Position numbers and translations under genes: made by a program
The notes under the pieces: generated by a model
What the model saw: the letters and a program-made list of their open reading frames with translations, nothing else
Databases searched by the model: none
Told to the model about the DNA's origin: nothing
Part shown: one piece after another, positions 28,634 to 38,534 of the stretch
Layout: each line of letters opens with the position of its first letter
Numbering within the stretch: position 1 is the stretch's first letter
Source of the DNA: Pseudomonas sp.
GTDB lineage: Bacteria > Pseudomonadota > Gammaproteobacteria > Pseudomonadales > Pseudomonadaceae
NCBI GenBank assembly: GCA_032067765.1
Contig: DAMBIX010000001.1
Location: 536,592-600,591 of the forward strand
Length of the DNA: 64,000 bases
Direction of reading: 5' to 3'

Positions 28634-28903
28634 ATGAATAGCCCCCTTCGATTCAATGACGCCCTTCTCATTACTGATCGTGCGTTCAAGCCGTTCCAGT
28701 GCGTCGCCTGGACGCTACTCGAAGGCAACGGCGAACTCAGCATCACCGTCGTGGACGGCAGCGAGTCTCGTGCCGTCGGCCATTGCAAACTGTCTAGCAG
28801 CGTCTACTCCGATCCGGTCAAACTCGGCCAATCTCTGGAACAGGCACGCGCCGACCTGAGCCGTCAGGGTGTTCATCTCGCCCCCTGGCATATGCCGGAA
28901 TAA
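28634..28903 (+). CDS. Small hypothetical protein, paralogue A (resembles what I recall as the Pseudomonas DUF1652 family)
   Basis: 89 aa. Clearly homologous to the ORF at 29360 (...YSDPVKLGQSLEQARADLSRQGVHLAPWHMP versus ...YTDPVHLAGLLENARLQLSKDGVPLSAWSMP). It has its own terminator. The RBS is weak. Confidence 0.6.
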   Translation: MNSPLRFNDALLITDRAFKPFQCVAWTLLEGNGELSITVVDGSESRAVGHCKLSSSVYSDPVKLGQSLEQARADLSRQGVHLAPWHMPE

Positions 28904-28920
28904 GCACCCGTCTCGAATAC

Positions 28921-28953
28921 AAAGGCCCGGTCGCACAAGCACCGGGCCTTTTT
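28921..28953 (+). terminator. Rho-independent terminator after paralogue A
   Basis: AGGCCCGGT-cgcacaagc-ACCGGGCCT followed by TTTT. Confidence 0.7.
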
Positions 28954-29052
28954 CGTTCCACTCCCATGCTCGCAGTGCCGGCTCCGCTTATTCGACTGAT
29001 CCATTCGCTCATTTCACGGTCCCAGCAATAAGTGAATCAACAGGAGCGAGTC

Positions 29053-29334
29053 ATGAAGGGTGCAGAAGCCTACGTCAACGACCAGTGGCACAGCAGCGGC
29101 CTGGCGAACCTGCCAGAGGGGCCTGAAGGCCATTGCATCACCTTGAAATTCATCATTCCCCGTGATGCTCAGTTCACCGGACTGATCACCCATGTCCGTG
29201 AAGTGGCACAGCAGCGGCTGAACGAGGTCTACAAAGGCCGCAAGGTGGCGCCCAGACCGGTGGAAGGTTCAGTCGTAGGGGACGGCAGTGGCGACGGTAT
29301 CGACCTGGTGTTCGACGTCGCCCCCGCAGAATGA
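29053..29334 (+). CDS. Small hypothetical protein (93 aa), uncharacterised
   Basis: ATG with an AGGAG RBS 7 nt upstream. The ORF-track start at 29032 is an upstream GTG. Acidic Gly/Asp-rich C-terminus. Confidence 0.55.
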   Translation: MKGAEAYVNDQWHSSGLANLPEGPEGHCITLKFIIPRDAQFTGLITHVREVAQQRLNEVYKGRKVAPRPVEGSVVGDGSGDGIDLVFDVAPAE

Positions 29335-29359
29335 ATAATCTCTCCACCGGAGCATGACC

Positions 29360-29647
29360 ATGACAGCCCAACGCCTTGCACTCGACGAAGCCATGCGCAT
29401 CAGCGAGATGGCTTTTCTGCCCTGCCATGCAACCACGAAGGCGGATAGCGGAGACGCCAGCTTTTCGTTACAGGTGACCAACGCGGCGGGCAATGAAATC
29501 CTGTCGATTTCCCACATTGCTCGCTCCCAGTACACGGACCCTGTTCATCTCGCCGGCTTGTTGGAAAACGCACGACTGCAACTCAGCAAGGACGGCGTGC
29601 CGCTGAGCGCGTGGTCTATGCCCCTGCAACCGGGCGTCATTGGATAA
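29360..29647 (+). CDS. Small hypothetical protein, paralogue B of the 28634 gene
   Basis: About 30% identity by eye to paralogue A over ~80 aa. GGAG lies 7 nt upstream of the ATG at 29360. The gene is 25 nt downstream of the preceding gene. Confidence 0.6.
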   Translation: MTAQRLALDEAMRISEMAFLPCHATTKADSGDASFSLQVTNAAGNEILSISHIARSQYTDPVHLAGLLENARLQLSKDGVPLSAWSMPLQPGVIG

Positions 29648-29671
29648 GCGACGCCATTACCGAGACATCGA

Positions 29672-30364
29672 ATGACTCCCTTCGATTGGCAGCGCCTGCT
29701 GCTGGATGACCTTCCGCTGTTGTTCATCGCCGAGGTGGCGCTGCGTGCGCTGTTTGCCTTCGTTGCGGTGTTTCTATTTCTGAAGATCAGCGGGCGCCGC
29801 GGCATTCGGCAGCTGTCTTTGTTCGAGCTGGTGGTCATTCTTACATTGGGGTCGGCAGCAGGCGACGTATCCTTCTACGAGGATGTGCCGCTGTTGCCGA
29901 TCGCAGCCGTGTTTGCCACGCTGCTGCTGCTCTATCGGCTCACCTTGCTAATCATGACGCGCAGCGAACGGTTCTCTAAATGGATGGAAGGTGAACCGGT
30001 AACCATCATCAAGGATGGTTTGTACGAACTGAACAGCCTGAGCCGCCTGAATATTTCATCCGATGAGTTTTTCATGGAGTTGCGCCAGCAAGGCGTTGAA
30101 CACCTGGGGCAGGTCCGTCTGGGCATCCTTGAAACGGACGGCGACGTCAGCCTCTACTTCAACGATGCCGATTCGGTACGCCCCGGACTCTCGGTACTGC
30201 CAAAAGAATATCGGCCAATCTATCGACAGGTCCCTACCAGCGGCCTGTACGCCTGCACGCGCTGCGGATATCCGCAGATCATCGAAGCCCAACAGCAAGC
30301 GACCTGTCCTCGTTGCAGCAACGAGCAATGGACCCTTGCGCTGAGCAATCCACGCTCGCGCTGA
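29672..30364 (+). CDS. DUF421 (YetF-like) membrane protein with a C-terminal CxxC...CxxC zinc-ribbon extension
   Basis: N-terminal TM helices and a DUF421 core (GRRGIRQLSLFELVVILTLGSAAGD...), then YACTRCGYPQIIEAQQQATCPRCSNEQW. Confidence 0.8.
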   Translation: MTPFDWQRLLLDDLPLLFIAEVALRALFAFVAVFLFLKISGRRGIRQLSLFELVVILTLGSAAGDVSFYEDVPLLPIAAVFATLLLLYRLTLLIMTRSERFSKWMEGEPVTIIKDGLYELNSLSRLNISSDEFFMELRQQGVEHLGQVRLGILETDGDVSLYFNDADSVRPGLSVLPKEYRPIYRQVPTSGLYACTRCGYPQIIEAQQQATCPRCSNEQWTLALSNPRSR

Positions 30365-30470
30365 TCTATGGCGCGAACCCCCTCCGCTTGCATCGGTCAC
30401 TTATAGAGACGGGCACAGCGCTGAGCTTTCAGCGCCATCGCCCATTTATTCTGCGACCAGGAGCGTTCAT

Positions 30471-30635
30471 ATGATAGGCGACTATTCCTCGATAAATGAC
30501 CATCTGGAAACTGCACGAAAGCTCGCGGACAGCGCTGAAACCAAGGCGGACCCGGCCATCTACCGGGAGGCGATCGATGAGCTGGTAGCTGCGATACGGC
30601 TGCTGATGCGTAACAGCCAGGAGAGCGAAGACTGA
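30471..30635 (+). CDS. Candidate 54-aa small protein (below the ORF-track size cut-off)
   Basis: ATG preceded by AGGAG at 7 nt. Translation is MIGDYSSINDHLETARKLADSAETKADPAIYREAIDELVAAIRLLMRNSQESED, predicted helical. It ends 49 nt before the topoisomerase IB start. Confidence 0.35.
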   Translation: MIGDYSSINDHLETARKLADSAETKADPAIYREAIDELVAAIRLLMRNSQESED

Positions 30636-30684
30636 TCGCGATCCGGCTCGCCAAGTCCGGCGATGGCTTCACGAGGAGTTTCAC

Positions 30685-31788
30685 ATGCTGATCGACCAGG
30701 GCGGTGAAACTTCTCTGCCATTGGCAGAGGGCGTTCGTCCGGTGCCGGCGGACGAGCGGAACGACACAGGCACGGTCGTCTGCCCATCCCTTCCTGCCGA
30801 TCTCCACTATGTCGATGACCGTAGCCCCGGCATCAGTCGCCGGATATTGAGGGGCAGGTTCGTCTATTTCCTGCCGACCGGGGAGCGCATCCGGGACATA
30901 GCAGATATCTCGCGGATCAACAAGCTGGCCATCCCTCCGGCCTATACCGATGTCTGGATCTGCCCCGACCCCCATGGCCACATGCAAGCCACTGGCCGCG
31001 ACGCACGCGGCCGCAAACAGTACCGCTATCACTCCCGTTGGCGGGAGATCCGCGATAGCAATAAATATGAGCGCCTCCTGGCGTTCGGCGCCGCCTTGCC
31101 CAAATTGCGCGCGCACCTGGAACGGCATCTGGCCTTGCGTGGAATGCCGCGGGAAAAAGTCATGGCGCTGGTCGTGCAGCTGCTCGAGTCGACATTGATT
31201 CGTGTCGGCAACTCGCGCTATGCCCGAGAAAATCGCTCCTACGGCCTGACCACGCTGCGCACCCGTCATGTGGCCGTGCAAGGCGCCGCGATTCGCTTTC
31301 AATTCCGCGGCAAAAGTGGCGTAGAGCATCAGGTCACGTTACGAAACCAGCGTCTGGCGCGCATTATGCGCCGCTGCATGGAACTGCCAGGGCAGCACCT
31401 CTTCCAGTATCTGGATGAAAATGGTACGCGCCACCCGGTCAGCTCCAGCGACGTGAATCAGTTCATTCAGCAAATGACCGGCGGGGATTTCACCGCCAAG
31501 GACTATCGCACCTGGGCAGGCAGTGCACTCGCGCTGGAGTATCTGCGCAAGCGTGAATGGCAACCGGAAGCGGTTGCGCGCCACAACCTGGTCGAAACGG
31601 TCAAAGAGGTGTCTCGTCAGCTTGGCAATACGCCGGCCGTATGCCGCCAGTGCTACATCCACCCCGATGTGTTTGAAGCCTTTGCTTCTGGCGAGCTCGC
31701 ACGCTTGCCCAGGGCAAGAAAGCGCAAATGGCTGAGCGGCGAGGAAGTCACCCTGTTGAATTTTCTGACCGAACGCAACCCTGCGTGA
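30685..31788 (+). CDS. DNA topoisomerase IB (poxvirus-like bacterial TopIB)
   Basis: 367 aa with motifs typical of bacterial TopIB (GRDARGRKQYRYH..., LTTLRTRH, TAKDYRTW, and a C-terminal catalytic-Tyr region CRQCYIHP). GAGGAG RBS. Confidence 0.85.
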   Translation: MLIDQGGETSLPLAEGVRPVPADERNDTGTVVCPSLPADLHYVDDRSPGISRRILRGRFVYFLPTGERIRDIADISRINKLAIPPAYTDVWICPDPHGHMQATGRDARGRKQYRYHSRWREIRDSNKYERLLAFGAALPKLRAHLERHLALRGMPREKVMALVVQLLESTLIRVGNSRYARENRSYGLTTLRTRHVAVQGAAIRFQFRGKSGVEHQVTLRNQRLARIMRRCMELPGQHLFQYLDENGTRHPVSSSDVNQFIQQMTGGDFTAKDYRTWAGSALALEYLRKREWQPEAVARHNLVETVKEVSRQLGNTPAVCRQCYIHPDVFEAFASGELARLPRARKRKWLSGEEVTLLNFLTERNPA

Positions 31789-31798
31789 CGCCTTCCAC

Positions 31799-32752
31799 TC
31801 AGTGATAGAGCGACACCTGATTGCGCCCCGCCGACTTCGACGCGTACAGCGCATTGTCAGCCCGCTCGATCAGTTGCGCATAGCCGCTCGTGGGCTGGCT
31901 GAGATCGGCAATGCCCAGGCTGACCGTAAAGCGAATACTGTGATCCTCATAGCTGACTTCATGCGCTTCGATGGCCTGACGAAGCCTTTCAGCGAACGTT
32001 AACGCACCCTCACTATCCGTATCCGGCAGCAACACCACGAACTCCTCGCCGCCGTAGCGCCCCGCGATGTCGGCGTCCCGCATGCACTGACGAACAAGGT
32101 CGGCGGTCTGCTGGATGACGGCGTCGCCTGCCTGATGACCATAGCTATCGTTGATCTTCTTGAAATGGTCTATATCGAACATCACCAGTGCCGCGTTGCG
32201 GTCGTAACGTCGGTGCCGCGCATAATCCTGGCGCAGCATCTCTTCCCAATGACCTCGATTGAACAGACCCGTCAAGCGATCGATACTGGATAACCGTTGC
32301 AGTTGCTGATTCGCGGCCTGCAGCTGGCGGCGGTTGGTGGCCACATCGGTCACGTCGTAGATGATCAGGCAGATCTGCTCGATGCGGCCACTGAGCCCCT
32401 TCAATGGCATCAACGTGGTGTTCTGGTACATGAAATCTTCCAGGCCGGTGATCGGCTGGTAATTTTTGAATCGCAACAGGTAGGGGCGCTGCTCCCAGAT
32501 AGTGAACGATGGCGTACCGAGCGTCGCGACGTTTTCCACCTTGCGGCGAAACCACTGCTCATCCACTTCCGGAAACAGGTCGAAGAAGGATTTCTCCCGC
32601 GCTTCTTCGGGCAACCGCCCGGAGCGGTTTTCCATGAAGGTGTTCCACACATCAATGCGGTACTCGCGATCCAGCACCACAACACCGACGTCGATGCTCT
32701 GGACGATGGCCAGCAGCCAGTGATGTTCGCTCAGACTGATGGGGTCGGACAT
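31799..32752 (-). CDS. PAS-GGDEF diguanylate cyclase with intact active site and I-site
   Basis: N-terminal PAS-like domain. The GGEEF active site is in RYGGEEFVVLL, with RDAD (RxxD) 5 residues upstream. Confidence 0.9.
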   Translation of the reverse strand: MSDPISLSEHHWLLAIVQSIDVGVVVLDREYRIDVWNTFMENRSGRLPEEAREKSFFDLFPEVDEQWFRRKVENVATLGTPSFTIWEQRPYLLRFKNYQPITGLEDFMYQNTTLMPLKGLSGRIEQICLIIYDVTDVATNRRQLQAANQQLQRLSSIDRLTGLFNRGHWEEMLRQDYARHRRYDRNAALVMFDIDHFKKINDSYGHQAGDAVIQQTADLVRQCMRDADIAGRYGGEEFVVLLPDTDSEGALTFAERLRQAIEAHEVSYEDHSIRFTVSLGIADLSQPTSGYAQLIERADNALYASKSAGRNQVSLYH

Positions 32753-32754
32753 TC

Positions 32755-33738
32755 TCAGTTCATCAGGAAGTCGAGTTTACGGGACAGCAGTTCAACCGAG
32801 TCTTCGGTGAACAGCAGCAATAGATCGAAATGGACATCATGGCCCTCCAGGCTGTAGCTGATCTCGACCGCCAGGGTATTTTTCCAGCGCTGCCGGTTGA
32901 GACGGATAAGCTCATCGATCGACGCGTGTTGGCCGAGTACTTGCGGATGCCCCTGGGAAAACACCACGTCGATCTGGTCGGCGATGCCGCTGAGACATGC
33001 GCTGATCAACAGGCTCGATAGGTCGAGCAGCATCTCCAATTCAAGATAATCATCGGCGCGCATCAGACGCGCCATATCCGCGACTTCCGAATCGTGAAAG
33101 ATCAGCAGCGCCTCGCCAGCGATACCGCCACCGATATACCCTTGGCAAACTGCGGTCAGCTTGTCGCCCTGAGCCGCATCGGCAAGTGCCATATGCAACT
33201 CGCCGACCCCAAGGATGTTCACGTTGGGGATGGGCAGTTGGACGAAAACCCCAAGCACTCTTGCGAGCAGTGCCGCTGCACGCCCCATCGCGACGTTCAC
33301 CACCTCGCGGAAGGCGTCGCGAAACGGAATCGGCCCGGCTTTTCTCTCACCAAGTACCGGCAGCTCATCGCCTACTACCCCGACGCCTGCCAGGGTCTGC
33401 TGCAGGTGCGCTGGATCGGCCGGTTTGCGAATGAATGCCAGCGCGCCCAGCTCCAGCACGCGCCGTACGGCCTCCTCCTGAACGTCGGCCGATATCACGA
33501 CGACCTTGCAATCAAGACGCTCGTCGCGAAGCGCGGCAAGCACCTGGTAGCCGTCTATGTCCGGCATGGTCAGATCGAGCAGCAGCACATCGATGCCGCC
33601 TTCGCGAATGCGTTCGAGCGCCTCGCCACCGCTTGCTGCCTGACGGATGTTCAGCGGCCAGGCAGCCGGCAGCGCACGCAGCAATTGCTTGCGCGCCAAG
33701 CTCGAATCATCGCAAATCAACAGGGAAACGGCAGACAT
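32755..33738 (-). CDS. Response regulator: CheY-like receiver fused to a CheC/CheX-like domain
   Basis: Receiver residues DD (LICDDS), the phospho-acceptor in LLLDLTMPD, and K in FIRKP. The C-terminal ~190 aa is CheC-like (EVVNVAMGRAAALLARVLG...). Its stop lies 2 nt from the GGDEF start. Confidence 0.8.
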   Translation of the reverse strand: MSAVSLLICDDSSLARKQLLRALPAAWPLNIRQAASGGEALERIREGGIDVLLLDLTMPDIDGYQVLAALRDERLDCKVVVISADVQEEAVRRVLELGALAFIRKPADPAHLQQTLAGVGVVGDELPVLGERKAGPIPFRDAFREVVNVAMGRAAALLARVLGVFVQLPIPNVNILGVGELHMALADAAQGDKLTAVCQGYIGGGIAGEALLIFHDSEVADMARLMRADDYLELEMLLDLSSLLISACLSGIADQIDVVFSQGHPQVLGQHASIDELIRLNRQRWKNTLAVEISYSLEGHDVHFDLLLLFTEDSVELLSRKLDFLMN

Positions 33739-33881
33739 GCAACGCTCGCTCGCTTAGCCAGGCCTCGGGGACCGGGACAGCTTATCTCAGCAAACGGGCA
33801 GCGTGGTGATGATGCAAAACAATAGTGGCACTTTGCCCAAGCGATGACTGAAACAGCCACCGTTTGGGCAGTTACACCTTA

Positions 33882-34466
33882 TTAATAGTAGGCGTTATCC
33901 CGATTGGTGTGGTCGGTCACGTCGCGCACGCCCTTGAGTTCGGGAATACGCTCGAGCAACGTTTTCTCGATACCTTCCTTCAGTGTCACGTCAGCCTGGC
34001 CACAGCCCTGGCAACCGCCACCGAATTGCAGTACCGCTACGCCCTCATCGACCACGTCGATCAGCGTGACCTGACCACCATGGCTGGCCAGCCCGGGGTT
34101 GATTTCGGTTTGCAGGTAATAATTGATGCGCTCGTTGAGCGGACTGTCTTCATTGACCATCGGCACCTTGGCGTTGGGTGCCTTGATAGTCAGCTGACCG
34201 CCCATACGGTCCGTGGCGTAATCCACCAACGCGTCTTCCAGAAACGGCTCGCTGACACCGTCGATCCAGGCGGTGAAGCGCTTCAGGGCGATGGCCACGT
34301 CATCCGGCTTTTCTTCACCAGGCTTGCAATAGGCGATGCAAGTTTCAGCATAAGGCGTACCGGGCTGAGTGATGAAGACCCGGATGCCGATGCCTGTGGT
34401 GTTCTGCTTTTCGAGCAGATCGGCCAGGTAATCGTGTGCAGCTTCAGTAATGGTAATGGCGCTCAT
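33882..34466 (-). CDS. nfuA: Fe-S cluster biogenesis protein NfuA
   Basis: 194 aa; an A-type N-domain plus an Nfu C-domain with the CQGC motif ([15 protein letters not shown]). Start at ATG 34466 with a GAGGAG RBS. Confidence 0.9.
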   Translation of the reverse strand: MSAITITEAAHDYLADLLEKQNTTGIGIRVFITQPGTPYAETCIAYCKPGEEKPDDVAIALKRFTAWIDGVSEPFLEDALVDYATDRMGGQLTIKAPNAKVPMVNEDSPLNERINYYLQTEINPGLASHGGQVTLIDVVDEGVAVLQFGGGCQGCGQADVTLKEGIEKTLLERIPELKGVRDVTDHTNRDNAYY

Positions 34467-34792
34467 GGGAACTCCTCTCAGACATGGAAGGCAGTGTACG
34501 CCAACCATTGCACCGGATAAAGTCCTAGTGTTTTAGTAGGACATAGCCGAGTCAGCGATTCTGCCATCTCGCTGCTCCAACTATAACGAGCTCCGTATCG
34601 CCGAATACCGAGGTAGAGCAGGACGATCTTCACCGCTGCTGACATATGAAGATCTAGTAAGCGGCTAAGCATTTTGCCTGCCGAGCTCATATATAAACAT
34701 GAGGTAGATTCATGCAAAGCTCGCCGATGATTAAAAAGCGTGCAGCTTTGCTATTATTCGCGGTTCCTCGCATCAGCTTCAGGTAGTCCCCC

Positions 34793-37700
34793 ATGCTCGA
34801 CCGTAACGCCCGTCTCCAGGCACTCCAGCAGGCCCTCAAAGAGCGCATCCTGATTCTCGACGGCGGCATGGGCACCATGATCCAGAGCTACAGGCTGGAA
34901 GAGTCCGACTACCGCGGCGAACGCTTCGCCGATTGGCCGCAGGATCTCAAGGGCAACAATGACCTGTTGATCCTCACCCGGCCGGACGCGATCAGTGCCA
35001 TCGAAAAGGCCTACTTCGATGCCGGCGCCGATATCGTGGAAACCAACACCTTCAACGCCACACGCGTCTCCCAAGCCGATTACGGCATGGAAGCGCTGGT
35101 CTACGAGCTGAACGTGGAAGGCGCCCGCCTCGCCCGCCAAGCCGCCGACGCCAAGACCGCCGAAACGCCGGACCGCCCGCGCTTCGTCGCCGGTGTACTC
35201 GGCCCGACCAGCCGCACCTGCTCGCTTTCACCGGACGTGAACAATCCCGGCTACCGCAACGTCACCTTCGATGAGTTGGTGGAGAACTACACCGAAGCCA
35301 CTCGCGGCCTGATCGAAGGCGGCTCCGACCTGATTCTGATCGAGACCATCTTTGACACGCTCAACGCGAAGGCGGCGATCTTCGCCGTGCAGCAAGTGTT
35401 CGAGGAAATCGGTTTCGAATTGCCGATCATGATTTCCGGCACCATCACCGACGCCTCGGGCCGCACGCTGTCCGGACAGACCACCGAAGCCTTCTGGAAC
35501 TCTGTACGTCACGCGAACCCGATCTCCGTCGGCCTCAACTGTGCGCTGGGTGCCAAGGAATTGCGGCCTTACCTGGAAGAGCTGTCGAACAAGGCCGAAA
35601 CCCACGTGTCGGCACACCCCAACGCCGGATTGCCGAACGCCTTCGGTGAGTACGATGAAAGTCCGGCGGAAATGGCCCGGGTGGTCGAGGAATTCGCCGC
35701 CAGCGGCTTCCTCAACATCGTCGGCGGTTGCTGCGGCACGACGCCTGCGCATATCGAGGCGATCGCCAAGGCCGTTGCCAAGCACGCGCCGCGCGCCATT
35801 CCGGACATTCCCAAGGCCTGTCGTCTGTCGGGCCTCGAGCCCTTCACCATTGATCGCAACTCGCTTTTCGTCAACGTTGGCGAGCGGACCAACATCACCG
35901 GTTCGGCGAAATTTGCCCGCCTGATCCGCGAGGAAAACTACACCGAAGCCCTGGAAGTCGCCCTGCAACAGGTGGAAGCCGGCGCTCAGGTGATCGACAT
36001 CAACATGGACGAGGGCATGCTGGATTCGAAGAAGGCCATGGTGACCTTCCTCAATCTGATCGCCGGCGAGCCGGACATTTCTCGTGTGCCGATCATGATC
36101 GACTCCTCCAAGTGGGAGGTGATCGAGGCGGGCCTGAAATGTATCCAGGGCAAGGGCATCGTCAACTCGATCTCCATGAAGGAAGGCGTCGAGGCGTTCA
36201 AGCATCACGCACGGCTGTGCAAGCGCTACGGTGCCGCTGTGGTGGTGATGGCGTTCGATGAAGCCGGCCAGGCCGATACCGCCGAGCGCAAGCGCGAAAT
36301 CTGCCAGCGTTCGTACGACATCCTGGTCAATGAAGTCGGCTTCCCGCCGGAAGACATCATCTTCGACCCGAACATCTTCGCCGTCGCCACCGGTATCGAA
36401 GAGCACAACAACTATGCCGTGGATTTCATCGAAGCCTGCGCATACATCCGCGACAACCTTCCCTACGCCCTGACTTCGGGCGGCGTATCCAACGTATCGT
36501 TCTCGTTCCGCGGCAACAACCCGGTGCGTGAAGCGATCCACTCGGTGTTCCTCTACTACGCCATCCAGAACGGCCTGACCATGGGCATCGTCAATGCCGG
36601 CCAGCTGGAAATCTACGACGAGATCCCGAAGAAACTGCGCGACGCCGTCGAGGACGTAGTGCTCAACCGCACGCCGAATGGCACCGAAGCGCTGCTGGCC
36701 ATCGCTGACGAGTTCAAGGGCGACGGCAGCGTCAAGGAAGCGGAAACCGAGGAGTGGCGCGGCTACAGCGTGGAAAAGCGTCTGGAACACGCGCTGGTCA
36801 AGGGCATCACCACCCACATCGTTCAGGACACCGAAGAGTTCCGCCTGCAGTGTGCACGCCCCATCGAGGTCATCGAGGGTCCGCTGATGGCGGGCATGAA
36901 CGTGGTCGGTGACCTGTTCGGCTCGGGCAAGATGTTCCTGCCGCAGGTGGTCAAGTCGGCCCGTGTCATGAAGCAGGCCGTGGCTCACCTGATTCCCTTT
37001 ATCGAAGCCGAGAAAGGCGACAAACCCGAAGCCAAGGGCAAGATTCTCATGGCCACGGTCAAGGGCGACGTGCATGACATCGGTAAGAACATCGTCGGCG
37101 TGGTGCTCGGTTGCAACGGCTATGACGTAGTCGACATGGGCGTCATGGTCCCGGCGGAAAAAATCCTGCAGACCGCCATCGCCGAGAAATGCGACATCAT
37201 TGGCCTGTCCGGCCTGATCACCCCTTCACTCGACGAGATGGTTCATGTGGCTCGCGAAATGCAGCGTCAGGACTTTCACCTGCCGTTGATGATCGGTGGC
37301 GCGACTACCTCAAAGGCGCACACGGCGGTGAAGATCGACCCGCATTACAAGAACGATGCGGTTGTCTATGTCACCGACGCCTCACGCGCAGTGGGCGTCG
37401 CCACGACGCTGTTGTCGAAGGAGCTGAAGCCGGCCTTCGTCGAGAAGACCCGCGAAGAATACGCGATGATCCGCGAGCGCACCGCCAACCGCAGCGCCCG
37501 CACCGAACGCCTGACATATGCCGAAGCCGTTGCAGTCAAACCCAAGTTCGACTGGGTCGAGTATTCACCGGTCAAGCCGACTTTCACCGGCCGCAAGGTG
37601 CTGGAAGACATCGACTTGCGCACCCTGGTGGATTACATCGACTGGACGCCGTTCTTTATCGCCTGGGATCTGGCGGGCAAGTACCCACGCATTCTCGAGG

Positions 37701-38485
37701 ACGAGATCGTCGGCGAAGCCGCCACGTCGCTGTTCAATGATGCCCAGACGATGCTCAACAAGCTGGTCGATGAAAAGCTGATCAAGGCCCGCGCCGTGTT
37801 CGGCTTCTGGCCGGCCAATCAAATCGATGAAGACGACATTCAAGTCTATGGCGACAATGGCGAAGCCCTGGCCACCCTGCACCATCTGCGTCAGCAGACA
37901 GTGAAGACCGATGGCAAGCCGAATTTCTCCCTGGCCGATTTCGTCGCACCAAAGGACAGCGGCGTGACCGACTACGTGGGTGGTTTCATTACCACCGCCG
38001 GCATCGGCGCCGAAGAAGTAGCCAAGGCCTATCAGGACGCCGGCGACGATTACAACTCGATCATGGTGAAGGCGCTGGCCGATCGCTTGGCCGAAGCCTG
38101 CGCCGAATGGTTGCACCAGCAGGTACGCAAGCAGTGGTGGGGCTACGATCCCGAGGAACAGCTGAGCAATGAAGAGCTGATCAAGGAACAGTACAAAGGC
38201 ATCCGCCCGGCACCGGGTTATCCCGCCTGTCCGGACCACACCGAGAAAGCCACGCTATTCAAGCTGCTCGATGCCGATGGTGCCAGCCAGGTGACCCTGA
38301 CCGAGCACTTCGCCATGCTGCCCACCGCGGCCGTCAGCGGATGGTACTTCGCCCATCCCAAGGCGCAGTACTTCGCGGTCGGCAAGATTGATAAGGATCA
38401 GGCCGAGAGCTACAGCAAGCGCAAGGGGCAGGAGCTAACCATGACCGAGCGCTGGCTGATGCCCAACCTCGGCTACGACAACTGA
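34793..38485 (+). CDS. metH: Cobalamin-dependent methionine synthase
   Basis: 1230 aa with all modules recognisable (Hcy-binding, pterin-binding, B12-binding [10 protein letters not shown], AdoMet activation domain). Confidence 0.97.
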   Translation: MLDRNARLQALQQALKERILILDGGMGTMIQSYRLEESDYRGERFADWPQDLKGNNDLLILTRPDAISAIEKAYFDAGADIVETNTFNATRVSQADYGMEALVYELNVEGARLARQAADAKTAETPDRPRFVAGVLGPTSRTCSLSPDVNNPGYRNVTFDELVENYTEATRGLIEGGSDLILIETIFDTLNAKAAIFAVQQVFEEIGFELPIMISGTITDASGRTLSGQTTEAFWNSVRHANPISVGLNCALGAKELRPYLEELSNKAETHVSAHPNAGLPNAFGEYDESPAEMARVVEEFAASGFLNIVGGCCGTTPAHIEAIAKAVAKHAPRAIPDIPKACRLSGLEPFTIDRNSLFVNVGERTNITGSAKFARLIREENYTEALEVALQQVEAGAQVIDINMDEGMLDSKKAMVTFLNLIAGEPDISRVPIMIDSSKWEVIEAGLKCIQGKGIVNSISMKEGVEAFKHHARLCKRYGAAVVVMAFDEAGQADTAERKREICQRSYDILVNEVGFPPEDIIFDPNIFAVATGIEEHNNYAVDFIEACAYIRDNLPYALTSGGVSNVSFSFRGNNPVREAIHSVFLYYAIQNGLTMGIVNAGQLEIYDEIPKKLRDAVEDVVLNRTPNGTEALLAIADEFKGDGSVKEAETEEWRGYSVEKRLEHALVKGITTHIVQDTEEFRLQCARPIEVIEGPLMAGMNVVGDLFGSGKMFLPQVVKSARVMKQAVAHLIPFIEAEKGDKPEAKGKILMATVKGDVHDIGKNIVGVVLGCNGYDVVDMGVMVPAEKILQTAIAEKCDIIGLSGLITPSLDEMVHVAREMQRQDFHLPLMIGGATTSKAHTAVKIDPHYKNDAVVYVTDASRAVGVATTLLSKELKPAFVEKTREEYAMIRERTANRSARTERLTYAEAVAVKPKFDWVEYSPVKPTFTGRKVLEDIDLRTLVDYIDWTPFFIAWDLAGKYPRILEDEIVGEAATSLFNDAQTMLNKLVDEKLIKARAVFGFWPANQIDEDDIQVYGDNGEALATLHHLRQQTVKTDGKPNFSLADFVAPKDSGVTDYVGGFITTAGIGAEEVAKAYQDAGDDYNSIMVKALADRLAEACAEWLHQQVRKQWWGYDPEEQLSNEELIKEQYKGIRPAPGYPACPDHTEKATLFKLLDADGASQVTLTEHFAMLPTAAVSGWYFAHPKAQYFAVGKIDKDQAESYSKRKGQELTMTERWLMPNLGYDN

Positions 38486-38534
38486 GGCGAACATGGCCGC
38501 GCACGCCTTATGGATGTCGCGGCCATGACAATTG

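Noticed and set aside
34467-34792. Looked for a cobalamin or SAM riboswitch or MetR boxes upstream of metH
   Set aside because: No B12-box-like or SAM-I-like conserved core could be recognised, only short 6-8-bp inverted repeats of chance-level length.
35228-37075. 615-aa minus-strand ORF
   Set aside because: It is antisense to metH and is the same high-GC artefact. The same applies to 13077-14060 (antisense to cysS/glnS), 30397-31329 (antisense to topIB), 45846-46937 (antisense to cysI), 52085-52936, 58110-58904 and 61462-62730.
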